DNA of 64,000 nt from Escherichia phage UB, in sequence record MH383160; one strand, written 5' to 3'. The notes under the pieces are model-generated. The model had not been told where the DNA came from and searched no databases. It saw nothing but the letters and a program-made list of their open reading frames with translations. The translations under genes and the position numbers were made by a program. Position 1 is the stretch's first letter, and every line of letters begins with the position of its first letter. Below are positions 37,246 to 47,920 of the stretch, one piece after another.

Positions 37246-37726
37246 AGTTTTCCTTTAACACAGTTCTTATATATTCGAATGTTTTAACAAACCAATCATG
37301 TTCGTCGGATACATCTACAACTTTACCACCATATACATAGTAATGGTAAAAAGGCAACTTGCTTTTTCTTAATCTTTCGGCTAACTCTGGATTTTGAATT
37401 ATCTTAGCACAAATAGCATCTTGAATAATAGAAATACAATCATCCGTCATTTCAATTCGATCATGCATATATTTGTTAGCGGCTGCTTTTGCTGCTGCAC
37501 CAGATACTTTTCTAAGGTCATCATGTTTTTGCCCAGTTAAAAACCAAAAGTAAAATGTTTCAACTGAAGGGAACCAACCATATGGTTCAAGTGTGAAGCT
37601 ATGCGAAGAAAAGTTAGATAGATCTCTACCTAACTTCGTTCTGGCTTTACTATAAATGTTAATATGTCGGTATCCATCATCAGTAGGGTCAATGAAGTTA
37701 AATGACTCTTCTGGGAATTCAAACAT
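37235..37726 (-). CDS. NADAR (YbiA/DUF1768)-like protein (163 aa)
   Basis: LSNFSSHSF...SVETFYFWFLTGQ...VSGAAAKAAANK...NPELAERL matches the E. coli YbiA pattern FSNF...SEHYFQAQKF...NPEL. Confidence 0.55.
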   Translation of the reverse strand: MFEFPEESFNFIDPTDDGYRHINIYSKARTKLGRDLSNFSSHSFTLEPYGWFPSVETFYFWFLTGQKHDDLRKVSGAAAKAAANKYMHDRIEMTDDCISIIQDAICAKIIQNPELAERLRKSKLPFYHYYVYGGKVVDVSDEHDWFVKTFEYIRTVLKENYDG

Positions 37727-39285
37727 AATTATTCTTCTTCTCCTGAAGGTGTTCCACGTAGTTTATCAAAATCAACCCAAATACCATGCTGGTTTTTAAA
37801 TCGACATTTCTCATAGTACCAACTATAGTCCGTTTCAACACCTTGTGAAATAGAACGCACACTACAATCATACATATTATATAAATGTTCCCTGACAATA
37901 TATGTATTAATCAGTACAACGAATAATACAATAATACCACAGATTTTAGGATGGTCCATAATCAAGTCAAGTACTGATCTAGTTTCAGAACTATCAATCT
38001 TACTTCTACAAATAGTAACAATTTTAAGAACAGCGAATGATACCAGTAATGAAATTACAATAACACTTAAATAAATTAGCATAAATTACACTCCTACACC
38101 AAAACGTAAAATAATATTATTAACAAACACTAAATCAAAAGGTGACTTTGGTTCAGATACTGAGTACTGAAATGATTCTGCTGCGAAATTTTCTCTATTA
38201 TACCATGTTTCAGAATTTATTAGCATTTTTTTATCACCAATCGTCACTGAATGTAATGGAACATTTGAAGAAGAATTTATTGAATATGCATTAAGATTAC
38301 CGTTTTCATCTAATGTGATACTAAGATAATATCTTTTCTCAATATCAGGAATAAGTTCTTTTGTATACGAATAGATTGAATCAACCCATTCATCATGTAC
38401 ATTTTCTGCACCAACCAGGTGTCCGAATGACAAATTACGTTTAACTGGCTTTGTTCCAGGACGAGTTAGAATGAATTGTTTTGTTAAGTAAAAATTATTA
38501 TGTTTTACTTCAATATTAACATTTTTAAAATTCACCACTTTATCATATACATTTCGAAAAACTGTTATATCCCAAGTACTAATTTCATCCATAATACTTA
38601 TCACCAGTTCTTCTAGTTCTTGTATAAATGGCAAATCATCTTGATGAAATCTAGTCATGGTTTTCATATACCTTTTTCAAATTCATAATTTCAAGAATGC
38701 TGTATTCTTTATCACCAATCAAATCTTCAGTGAATGCAGTGGGGTCGGCATCGCTATACAACTTACCATTGATGATAACACAACCATTACTAAGATACAA
38801 TGCACTCATGATCTGTTGTCCTTCTTTCACATTTTGTGCTAGACCTGTATTTGTTACTACAAATCCATTTGTTGCTAATGATGATGTTAGTTCTGACCAT
38901 TCAACTGATATTAAGTCGCGATAGTCCTTAGATACTTTTATATTCACAATACAAGCAACTCGTTTAATAGGTGGAGTGCTAATCGTGTACATTTGTGGTT
39001 GTTGGTAATTAGAGTTGTATGTTTGTGGTGTTTTAACAGCAGTTCCTGAATTTTGAGTTGATTTGGTAATTACTGGTTCTACACTGGGGACTGTTGTTCT
39101 TAGTGATATAATACGTCCAGTTTCATCCAATTTAAGGACTAAACGATGAGTTTCATCCTCAGAGTAATAGGGAAACAAGCCACCGGAATTCATATTTTGA
39201 AGCATTTTAATTAATTCATAAGTATTTTTTAAAAACATAGTACACCCCATAGAAAAGGGGAGTACAAAGTACTCCCAACATTTAA

Positions 39286-39840
39286 TTATAGTTTAATTGA
39301 TTCTTGAATACCAGTATCCATTGCTTTCTTGGTACGTGTATCAGATACTACTGTACAAAGGTGTTCAATATTTTCACTTGGAAACGTATTCGAATCAAGA
39401 ATTTTGGAATTCCAGAAGCCTTTGCGGAACTTAGCATAATCAGTACACTGGTCAATTTTCATTTTCTGAAGATTGTTGAACTTTGTACGTCCTGTTTCAA
39501 TTGTCACCATCAATTCCTGATAAATTTTAGGATCAAGATTTGGAACCTGTTGTTGAATCTGTGACATTACAAACTTCTGGTCAACACCTTCACGCCCTTT
39601 AAAGTATGATTCAATCGTTTCTTTCAACGCATCTTTATACTTATCGGCTACTTGAACCTTATCTTGAATAGTAAGAGTATAATTGCTAAGTTGACTTTCT
39701 GATGCATCATAGTACTTTTTAATGTTTCCTTCAAACTCAACTGCACGATCATGTGCACCAACATACATACTAATAGAACCAAACACCATTAGTACGATAA
39801 CTACCAAAATACCAATTAACGCAAGGAGTTTACCATTCAT
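39286..39840 (-). CDS. Membrane-anchored protein, possibly LemA-like (184 aa)
   Basis: Single N-terminal TM helix (LLALIGILVVIVLMVFGSI) and a soluble helical domain; family assignment by architecture only. Confidence 0.3.
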   Translation of the reverse strand: MNGKLLALIGILVVIVLMVFGSISMYVGAHDRAVEFEGNIKKYYDASESQLSNYTLTIQDKVQVADKYKDALKETIESYFKGREGVDQKFVMSQIQQQVPNLDPKIYQELMVTIETGRTKFNNLQKMKIDQCTDYAKFRKGFWNSKILDSNTFPSENIEHLCTVVSDTRTKKAMDTGIQESIKL

Positions 39841-40931
39841 AAATCGTTATCCCTCATATAAAGGCCAATGAAAATAGACAGAATCAACAACACAATGGAA
39901 GCACCGATAAGAACATCTTTTCTAGGTTCCATTTTTACTGACAAGTACTCAAACTCTTTATTAGAGAGTCTCTCAAAATGTTTGTCAATATTATGTACTT
40001 CTTTAACTAGTAAGTCAAGAGTTAATTTTTCATTTAATGCATCAATACGCATCTTTGCATGTAACTCTTCATTCTTCATTCCTTGTGCAAATGATGTACT
40101 GTAAAATTTGACAACGTTACCATCATTGTCAATACCAAAGAACATAATAACATCATTCTTCTTACCACCACGCCACGATGCAAGGGTAGCATCAATAAAA
40201 TCAACATCTTTGTAATCATAAACTAGTACTTGGATGTTTACCTGCTTTCGTGCACCCATCGTTTTTAGCTCATTACGAAGGTATTCATCGTAACCATCAA
40301 CGTTGTAATTTGTAGTGTTAATTACGTGATGTGTTTTGTAATAATCAACTACACTTGGGTATTCTGGAATAGTACTAAGATACTTTTCATCATACATGTT
40401 GTGTAGTTCTTCAGGACTAAACAATGAGTTCTTATCAGCAAATAGATAGTTGATATATGAACTCTCTGCTGCGGCATAGTCACCAATAATAACTTGCTGC
40501 CAACGTGGTGGTGTCATTGTACCTTGACGGTTCACACGTTCAATCTCAAACTCACCTACTGTACTTTTCACATACCAATCAACTTCATATGAGTAATCAA
40601 AAACCTTATATGATTCACACTCACGATGTGATTTACCTTTACTATCATATCGCGTATGGCACTTCTCATGCCATGTATAGTGCTTACATGAACTAGATTG
40701 TGTGCAATATTCTTTGTGGCTGTATTTTGAAGTTACTTGACCATTCAGAATCTCAACATCATAAAGCTGGCTATAGTTGATTGCGTATGAAATACCAAGA
40801 ACAAGAGCCGCACCAACCAGACAACAACCAATATGAATCAATAGTTCTTTAGTACTGATATGCTTATCGTACATGTATTTCATAACGAATACAACGATAA
40901 GAGCAGGTATTAACAGAATAATGAAATTCAT
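39837..40931 (-). CDS. Membrane protein (364 aa), TM helices at both ends
   Basis: Hydrophobic segments at the N-terminus (two) and C-terminus (VLIGASIVLLILSIFIGLYM); Cys/His-rich central part. Confidence 0.5.
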   Translation of the reverse strand: MNFIILLIPALIVVFVMKYMYDKHISTKELLIHIGCCLVGAALVLGISYAINYSQLYDVEILNGQVTSKYSHKEYCTQSSSCKHYTWHEKCHTRYDSKGKSHRECESYKVFDYSYEVDWYVKSTVGEFEIERVNRQGTMTPPRWQQVIIGDYAAAESSYINYLFADKNSLFSPEELHNMYDEKYLSTIPEYPSVVDYYKTHHVINTTNYNVDGYDEYLRNELKTMGARKQVNIQVLVYDYKDVDFIDATLASWRGGKKNDVIMFFGIDNDGNVVKFYSTSFAQGMKNEELHAKMRIDALNEKLTLDLLVKEVHNIDKHFERLSNKEFEYLSVKMEPRKDVLIGASIVLLILSIFIGLYMRDNDL

Positions 40932-40934
40932 GTA

Positions 40935-41624
40935 TTAATCCATTTTAAGCTTGTTTAGACAGAATGAAATCTGGATTGCTTCACGTGCTGCATCAAATAG
41001 TGGATGATGTAACTCCAACCCATTAATCCCACACGTATTTGCATATGTGATAAATTTATCCAACTGTACCGAAACGATTTCATCCATTTCAATACGAGAT
41101 TCATCATTCAATAAACGTTTCAATGTGCGTGCATTTTCAGGTGCATCATACTTCCACAACTCACCAGCGTTCATTAGTTTTAAATGGTTTGCTTGTAAAA
41201 TGCTACAATCGAAGTTACATCCGTTACCCCAGACTGAATGAGGAACTTCTTCGCCATAATCATTGTAACGTAATTCTTTCCAGAAATCAACAATACTACT
41301 GTATGCAAAAAATCGTCGTGATTGACCATTCGGTCCATACAGTTCAGGTGCTTTGAGTTTCATAGTACTGGCAACTTCAGCATATGCATTAGGGTATTCT
41401 TTCTGACATGTATTCATCCAAAAATCCATTGCACCTGCGTCTGATTTTAAACCAGTTGTAACTTGATCCTGGTATGGTAATTTAATATATAAGAACTGAC
41501 GAATGTCATTTTCAGGTTTACTTGGAACTACTACTGCTGCGTAATTTGGGATAATAATATCATAACCGGAAAGTTCAGGTGTTCCAAGAGCTTCAATATC
41601 AACACTAATATGACGACGTTTCAT
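40935..41624 (-). CDS. dexA: DEDDh 3'-5' exonuclease, DexA-like (229 aa)
   Basis: Exo I ISVDIEALGT; Exo III HHPLFDAAREA; size matches T4 DexA. Confidence 0.65.
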   Translation of the reverse strand: MKRRHISVDIEALGTPELSGYDIIIPNYAAVVVPSKPENDIRQFLYIKLPYQDQVTTGLKSDAGAMDFWMNTCQKEYPNAYAEVASTMKLKAPELYGPNGQSRRFFAYSSIVDFWKELRYNDYGEEVPHSVWGNGCNFDCSILQANHLKLMNAGELWKYDAPENARTLKRLLNDESRIEMDEIVSVQLDKFITYANTCGINGLELHHPLFDAAREAIQISFCLNKLKMD

Positions 41625-41703
41625 AAGTTAGTTCCTTATCTGTACATTAAAAAGAGTGCGTTTTCAATAAGATTATATTAAAAACGCACTCATATGTCAA
41701 CTA

Positions 41704-42840
41704 TTACTTGTTAGCTTTTTCGGCAATTTCACGAAGAGTGTCTTCCAGTTCATAGGAAAGTTGTGCAATTTCCTGTTTAGCACGTTCACGTTCCAATTTA
41801 CCTTTTTTCTCTTCTTCAATAACTGCTTCAATACTGTCAATCATCGTTTTATGTACATTACGCAAGGTTTTAATATCCACAATACCACGGTTGTTTGCCT
41901 TTGCTGCGTCCAACATATTTGCTGCAACCATTTTAGAGTTAGTTTCCAAAAGACGGTTTGTCTCATTATCAATTAGATTGCCTAGTTCATTATCCTTACG
42001 TTGACGCTCGGAAATTAACTGTTCAGCCAATTGAGACTTCCATGCTGGAATAACAACAGATTTTAAATCTTCAAACTTAGAAACAGTGTTCAAGTTTACT
42101 TTTTTCATACTCATCAAACGTGGACCACTTAGCTCGCACATCATGATAAGACGACGAATCTTATCTTCTTGTTTAGAAAGTGCTTCACAAATCATCTTTT
42201 GCTCTTGAATAGCAAAAGAGTCTACATTTTTGTCTGCTTGCATTTCTAATAATAATGCATCTTGTGTTTTAGTTACTTCTTCTAATCCAACTAATGTATC
42301 ACGTAATTCAAACAAATATTCTTTGTTTTCATTATATGCTTTATCAAGCCATTCACATTCTCCGTGCTGGCGATTAATACCAGTTTGAAGAGTTTTCATA
42401 ATTTCGTCAATTTGCTCTTTACTGTTTTTGTACTGATCACCTACTTTCTGTTGAGCATTAACAAAGAATTTCTTAATACGACCAACAATTGATTTATCTT
42501 CTTGAAGACTGTCAATATCAACTGCACGAGTCAACGTAAGAATTGTGGTGATTGATTTACCAAACTCGGTATTGTCATCCGTTACATTAACTTTAGACAT
42601 AATTTCATCAGCCAAACGCCCAACAGCAGCACCAGCAGTTGTACCAACAGTATTGATGTTTTGAACTGTTAGAGACATAGTATTTCCCTTAACATCTTTC
42701 AGTACTGGTAGTGATTTTGTAGTTTGGTTAAAAATATCACTTGCATCAATTGTATGACCTTTAGATGCAGTTTTAGTAGTGCGTTTTGCTGATTTAGCTG
42801 CGGTGGATGCTTTTTTAGGATTGATTTCTTTCTCGGACAT
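41704..42840 (-). CDS. TelA-like (toxic anion resistance family) protein (378 aa), tentative
   Basis: Size, Lys/Ala-rich disordered N-terminus and long helical, coiled-coil-like body; assignment by overall pattern only. Confidence 0.35.
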   Translation of the reverse strand: MSEKEINPKKASTAAKSAKRTTKTASKGHTIDASDIFNQTTKSLPVLKDVKGNTMSLTVQNINTVGTTAGAAVGRLADEIMSKVNVTDDNTEFGKSITTILTLTRAVDIDSLQEDKSIVGRIKKFFVNAQQKVGDQYKNSKEQIDEIMKTLQTGINRQHGECEWLDKAYNENKEYLFELRDTLVGLEEVTKTQDALLLEMQADKNVDSFAIQEQKMICEALSKQEDKIRRLIMMCELSGPRLMSMKKVNLNTVSKFEDLKSVVIPAWKSQLAEQLISERQRKDNELGNLIDNETNRLLETNSKMVAANMLDAAKANNRGIVDIKTLRNVHKTMIDSIEAVIEEEKKGKLERERAKQEIAQLSYELEDTLREIAEKANK

Positions 42841-42888
42841 TTAGTGTTCCTCGTTTAATTTAATATGATGTGCTGCTCTGTGATAAAC

Positions 42889-42917
42889 ATTATACGGGCA
42901 GCACGTATGATAGTCAA
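42889..42917 (-). promoter_or_regulatory. Sigma-70-type promoter (TTGACT-N17-TATAAT)
   Basis: Near-consensus hexamers upstream of the TelA-like gene. Confidence 0.55.
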
Positions 42918-42925
42918 GTATTTTT

Positions 42926-44053
42926 TTACTCTTTGTTACCATATGCCAGATTACGAATAATTTCTACAGTACTCTCATCCACAGCTTTACCTGTCTGTGA
43001 TTGTAAACGATTGATAATCAAAGGAATAGTAATAGTTTGAATATCTACCATACGATTCATATCAACTTGATATTGCTTACTTGTTGCAATAATGCTCGTT
43101 TCAGTCATGGAGGTGGTGATTCCCATTTTCATAATACGTTCTAATGTTAATTCATATTCAAACGCATCATCCACACAACGTAGTGCGTATTCACAACCCA
43201 ACTTACCATATTCAAGTTCATTTTTGATTTCATTAACTTCGTTTCTAAGTTCTGAAAACATCGTACTAAGACCACTAAACTTATTAGTGTCATACTTAAC
43301 TGCTTCATTTAGTGCTTTCATCACTTTTGGCAAATCTGATGGTTGCACTTTGATATCAGTTTTACCAAACAATTTCTGTGTAAAGGTCGGCTTCAATGGG
43401 AACAACGTTTCCAACGCAACAGTAAGGTTATTCATAAGCATTCTAATATAATCACTATGCTGTTGTAATGCTGAGTTAAGATCCAATTGACGTTCTGAAA
43501 TTTGTTGAATCTTAGTTCCAATTTCTTGTGCACAAACTGGTAAGTTTACAAACCAGTCTAGTACTTTTACTGAATTCTTTTCAATAGTACTAGGGAATTC
43601 AACCCATCTTTCAATGTCATCAATTCTGCTATCGTCTGGGTTGATAGGTTTTTTCTTAAGAACAATAGGTGCAGGTACATCTGGTGATGTTTGTACCAAG
43701 TCTAAACGTGGTTTGGCACGACCTTCTTTCCATTCACGATATTCACGCTCTAATGGCGGTACTGGCATGTTAGGATCAATTCTAATATTACTAAAATGAA
43801 TTTTATCCTTCATTAAATCAAGAACTTTCAGACGTTTATTATCAAAATAGATTTCATCTAATGACAGAGTTTTTACATCAAATAACGGATTACCCAATGA
43901 GTCATAGGTGCGGCGAACAATTACATTATAAATGTATTTTTTGTTTGATGAACGGTCATATTGTTTCAATAAAGAGTTCAGTACATAATTATAGTTAAAT
44001 TCTTGAATCTCAACTTCTTTGCCATTTTCAATGAAAAAATATTTACCTTTCAT
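42926..44053 (-). CDS. Hypothetical protein (375 aa), helical C-terminal half
   Basis: Long ORF; possibly distantly related to the adjacent TelA-like protein. Confidence 0.5.
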   Translation of the reverse strand: MKGKYFFIENGKEVEIQEFNYNYVLNSLLKQYDRSSNKKYIYNVIVRRTYDSLGNPLFDVKTLSLDEIYFDNKRLKVLDLMKDKIHFSNIRIDPNMPVPPLEREYREWKEGRAKPRLDLVQTSPDVPAPIVLKKKPINPDDSRIDDIERWVEFPSTIEKNSVKVLDWFVNLPVCAQEIGTKIQQISERQLDLNSALQQHSDYIRMLMNNLTVALETLFPLKPTFTQKLFGKTDIKVQPSDLPKVMKALNEAVKYDTNKFSGLSTMFSELRNEVNEIKNELEYGKLGCEYALRCVDDAFEYELTLERIMKMGITTSMTETSIIATSKQYQVDMNRMVDIQTITIPLIINRLQSQTGKAVDESTVEIIRNLAYGNKE

Positions 44054-44149
44054 TATAAAACCTCATAATCAATTAAAATTTACGCGATGGTGATATTGTA
44101 CATACTTCGACTACACATGTCAACACCTGAAAAGAAAAAAGGACGCACC

Positions 44150-44968
44150 TTAGTGCATCCTTTTGTTACTTTTATCCTTGTACCATACAAATGTCTTGAC
44201 AGGTGGATATTTTTCATTCTTTGGTGGTTCAGGCATGTCGTATACAGTTGCATTTCTAAACTTAAGAATGTATGTGTCCATTAAACGGATTATACAATAG
44301 TTTAAACATTTTTGTGCTCTTTCTTTCCAAAAATGTTTATATGGTTCTGGACAACCAAGATAATCAAGTTTATACATACTCATAGCAACTTGCATAAATC
44401 TTTGGGCCGAGAATTTTCGCTTATCAATCTTACTTGCTCTGTGTTGGTCACATGTCCAACTTGATACACCAGGCAAGTGACAAAACAAATCAAAACTAAC
44501 CATACTATCAAAGTATTTGTTATGACCATGTAACTCACCATAAAATACAGCTTCTGACACAGTATCATATAATGAGAAATTTGAATGTATATGTTCATTA
44601 TCAAAAATACTTTTTAAATCTTTATAAGTTTCTGGAACAGGTGGCTCAGGTAATACTTCACCGAATACTTCAACACACCATATCTTCCATAAACCTTTTG
44701 TAAATTTATTTTCTAATTCTCTATCACTATCAATATAAAAAGTTTTTTCATTTATGAAAACTTTTCTAGCCATGTATGCTTTAAAAATTGCATCTGGATC
44801 AATGTCTTCACGATTTACATCATCCCAGCCTTTACCAATTCTTGAAATTTCAAATCTACGCATATACATACGACATGCTAAATCTTTAGTAAGGCTGCGA
44901 CGATACTTTTCATCCTGATGTAATTTGGTTGTTTCGTGAAGAGATTTAAGCATATTTAAAATTCTCAT
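44150..44968 (-). CDS. Hypothetical protein (272 aa)
   Basis: ORF; no recognisable motif. Confidence 0.5.
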   Translation of the reverse strand: MRILNMLKSLHETTKLHQDEKYRRSLTKDLACRMYMRRFEISRIGKGWDDVNREDIDPDAIFKAYMARKVFINEKTFYIDSDRELENKFTKGLWKIWCVEVFGEVLPEPPVPETYKDLKSIFDNEHIHSNFSLYDTVSEAVFYGELHGHNKYFDSMVSFDLFCHLPGVSSWTCDQHRASKIDKRKFSAQRFMQVAMSMYKLDYLGCPEPYKHFWKERAQKCLNYCIIRLMDTYILKFRNATVYDMPEPPKNEKYPPVKTFVWYKDKSNKRMH

Positions 44969-45645
44969 CGCAACACCAAATATTTCCCGTTTCTTCCAAT
45001 TACATATTGATCACCACTTCGTAGTACTGTATAGCTTTCCCCTAGTATGGAACTAAGACGCGAAGTGTCTAATTGTGTATCATTCTTTAATAACTTTTTC
45101 ACATATGTTTCTGAAACAAAACCGCTTCCAGTACTGTAATGTAATTTACCATATGCTGTTTTTAATGTCAACATGTTTCCTTCTTTGATTACTGAAACAC
45201 CAGCATAATCAAGGAACTCACTAATTGAACTAGGAATACCCAAATCAATTCTCTGCTGTATTTCTTCAAAATCAACATCGATTGGATCATTAACACCATA
45301 TAGTTGGATTTTCCAACCAGGGTCTGGGCAAATATTTTCAATTGTTTTAATTAAACGTAATAGTTTTTCTGGGAATTCAGCATTTCGTTCCATTTCTACA
45401 TAAACTTGATAACGACCATCTAGATTTGGTGTTTCTGCTGCTTCAGTATCAACTACGTCAATAGGTGATTTTTCAATAAAAGAAGATAAATCATATGCTG
45501 CATCAAAGTTGTTAAGTACCTGAAACATAATAACAATATTACTATCTTCAATTTTAGGAGTATATTCATCAACACTAATGATAGGATGAATCAAATCTTT
45601 GAGAACTTGCGGACGTAAGCCTTGTTCATTTAATTTCTTTTTCAT
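44965..45645 (-). CDS. Hypothetical protein (226 aa); sliding-clamp-sized
   Basis: Size close to T4 gp45 and located in the clamp-loader operon, but no sequence-level match seen. Confidence 0.5.
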   Translation of the reverse strand: MKKKLNEQGLRPQVLKDLIHPIISVDEYTPKIEDSNIVIMFQVLNNFDAAYDLSSFIEKSPIDVVDTEAAETPNLDGRYQVYVEMERNAEFPEKLLRLIKTIENICPDPGWKIQLYGVNDPIDVDFEEIQQRIDLGIPSSISEFLDYAGVSVIKEGNMLTLKTAYGKLHYSTGSGFVSETYVKKLLKNDTQLDTSRLSSILGESYTVLRSGDQYVIGRNGKYLVLR

Positions 45646-46208
45646 TACATTCCACCTTCTTGTGTCTCATCCGTTACTTCTACATCCAAATCCACATCAT
45701 CACCAGTTACAGGTTCTTCAATATTCTCAGGAGAATTCATTGGATTACTATTGAATTCTGCTGCCATTAGTTTATATTCATCAAAACTTTCTGGATTAAT
45801 CAAGTTTCGTGGAATCTGCACTCTAACCAATAGTACTGGGATTCTTTCATTTTTTGGTATACGTACAGAGCCAGATTGTGTCGCTACACTTTTCATGTCA
45901 GCTTGACGATTTGGTTCTTTAATAGGAGTTATTTCATAATCAGCTTTAACATATACTTTAGTTCCATGTTTCTCTAAAATAGAGAATGCGGTAGGATCGG
46001 GAAAATTTTCACGATAGTATTTAAATGTAACAGTACACCAATACTTACTTACAATTGGCCCCTCTACCAACTCACCCTCAATAATTCCTTTATACGCATA
46101 TAAATCATTATCATCGAAATATTTCTCTACAGCAAGAAGTATATCTAACATACCACTGTTATCATACAACTGCTGAATAGCATTATCTGTATAATCTAAA
46201 TCGTCCAT
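45645..46208 (-). CDS. Hypothetical acidic-tailed protein (187 aa); clamp-loader small subunit not excluded
   Basis: Same length as T4 gp62; acidic C-terminus DDVDLDVEVTDETQEGGM; no sequence-level match seen. Confidence 0.5.
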   Translation of the reverse strand: MDDLDYTDNAIQQLYDNSGMLDILLAVEKYFDDNDLYAYKGIIEGELVEGPIVSKYWCTVTFKYYRENFPDPTAFSILEKHGTKVYVKADYEITPIKEPNRQADMKSVATQSGSVRIPKNERIPVLLVRVQIPRNLINPESFDEYKLMAAEFNSNPMNSPENIEEPVTGDDVDLDVEVTDETQEGGM

Positions 46209-46264
46209 ATTTTATATTATCCTTAAAAACTAGCACATATAATACTATTTACTACTTTTAAAAT

Positions 46265-46293
46265 ACAACAAAAGGGGTTTGAATCAAACCCCA
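46265..46293 (-). terminator. Intrinsic terminator (minus strand)
   Basis: Hairpin GGGGTTTG-AAT-CAAACCCC followed on the minus strand by TTTTGTTGTATTTT. Confidence 0.55.
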
Positions 46294-46304
46294 ATTTAAA
46301 AGTT

Positions 46305-46949
46305 TTATTTGTAATATTTACCTAGTACTGAATAAATTTTCAGTCTAAGTTCTGTCCAGTTTTCGATATATTCAAAACCACTATGATTCTTATACATAGT
46401 ATTATGAGAACATCCCATCATAACTGATGGAATACCAAGACCCATAGCAGTTTCAATATTATTGATATAATCATCAATCATTAGTTTTACATCATATCGT
46501 GTTTGTAAATCCTCTAATGCTTCTTTCTTTGATTCATTCATTTCTATGATAATAATCTCATCAAAGCAGTTTTCACCAAATTCACGCATTAGATTTACAT
46601 TTCGTAAAACTTCACCATAGCCTTTTTTACCACATTTTGTGAGTACTACGAATTTTTCTTTATGAAAACGATCACGTAGCTCTTGTACAATATCAACTGT
46701 ATTTGGTTCGACTGGCTTTAACAACCCAAACAAATATGATTGTTGGTTGAACTGTTCAAGAATCTTTTTAACTTCAGGTTGAGGAACACCCAACCAGTCT
46801 GATAAATCATATTCTAATGGGTATGGTGTTGATGGTGTGATATTATAAGTTTGTTTTACAAACTCAGAAAGCATACCCATATGGTCCAATAGAACTTCAT
46901 CACAATCAAAAACTATACAACGTGGTTTCATTACATGTTCCCCGAACAA
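46305..46949 (-). CDS. HAD-superfamily phosphatase, 5'(3')-deoxyribonucleotidase-like (214 aa)
   Basis: Motif I IVFDCDEVLLDH (DxDxV); conserved K and a late DD motif (LMIDDYIN). Confidence 0.6.
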   Translation of the reverse strand: MFGEHVMKPRCIVFDCDEVLLDHMGMLSEFVKQTYNITPSTPYPLEYDLSDWLGVPQPEVKKILEQFNQQSYLFGLLKPVEPNTVDIVQELRDRFHKEKFVVLTKCGKKGYGEVLRNVNLMREFGENCFDEIIIIEMNESKKEALEDLQTRYDVKLMIDDYINNIETAMGLGIPSVMMGCSHNTMYKNHSGFEYIENWTELRLKIYSVLGKYYK

Positions 46950-47920
46950 ATTAGGTCAATCTCACACAGTAAAGCACTAAGATTCATTTCACGGTCTGAT
47001 ACTGTTGCTTGCTTAACAACTGCATCACGAATTTTAACTTTAATCTTCATCAGTGTGATTTCATCAGTACTGAACATTTCAGCATTTCTGTACAAGTAAG
47101 AGAAAAATGCATCCATCTCATCATCAGGGATATTTTGTACAATTTGTTCACGCATTTGGCGAATGTTGCCTGCCTTTAATGCTTCAACAATTGCAGTACG
47201 ATACCCTGCTGAATTTTCAATACTATCTTCAAGTTTTACTAGCTTACCATCAACAACTGAACTTTGCAATACGTTTAGTGTTTTACGGAAATCAGGATAG
47301 GAAGCATTGATGTACTTTTGAACTTGTTCAACACTATCATCACTACTCAAATCAACACCTTCTGCTAGAAGAATATTATAAATTCGAGTCATGAATTGTT
47401 CCATATCATGCTTTTCGATTGTAATAACTTGAACACGAGAAATGATAGGTTTTTGAATTTTATGTGGTTCGTTACTTGTTAAAATAAAGCGAGCATTTTC
47501 ATGATAGTCTTCCATTACACGTTTCAAACTACCTTGTGCTTTGTGGTTCATCTGCTCCATTTCTTCAAGAACAAAAATACGATATCTACCAAAACATGAT
47601 AGCTTTGCTGCGGCATCGATTTTGTCACGAACAGCATCAATGCCTTCATCGGACATGTTAAGCGTGGTCACATCACTTGGATCAAGGTGTCCATTTTGAA
47701 CTAGTCCATTAATTAGTACTTTGATCGCAGATGTTTTACCAGTTCCTGCTGGGCCAAAAAACCCAATATGTGGAATGTCACCAGTCTTAATCCATTCTTC
47801 CATTTTCTGGCGTAGTGCATCGTTTTTTGATACATAATCTTCCATTGATTGTGGGCGATATTTTTCAGTCCATAGTGTGGTCATTTGTATTTCCTTATGT
47901 GTACGTGTTATAGAATCCAA
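46931..47920 (-). CDS. Clamp-loader ATPase subunit, T4 gp44-like (AAA+)
   Basis: Walker A GPAGTGKTS; Walker B FVLEEME; sensor-1 TSN; SRV (SRC-like) motif. Confidence 0.75.
   Translation of the reverse strand: MDSITRTHKEIQMTTLWTEKYRPQSMEDYVSKNDALRQKMEEWIKTGDIPHIGFFGPAGTGKTSAIKVLINGLVQNGHLDPSDVTTLNMSDEGIDAVRDKIDAAAKLSCFGRYRIFVLEEMEQMNHKAQGSLKRVMEDYHENARFILTSNEPHKIQKPIISRVQVITIEKHDMEQFMTRIYNILLAEGVDLSSDDSVEQVQKYINASYPDFRKTLNVLQSSVVDGKLVKLEDSIENSAGYRTAIVEALKAGNIRQMREQIVQNIPDDEMDAFFSYLYRNAEMFSTDEITLMKIKVKIRDAVVKQATVSDREMNLSALLCEIDLICSGNM

Noticed and set aside
46305-46949. Gene after gp44 as the clamp-loader small subunit (gp62)
   Set aside because: The protein carries clear HAD phosphatase motifs (DxDxV), so it is called a nucleotidase instead.
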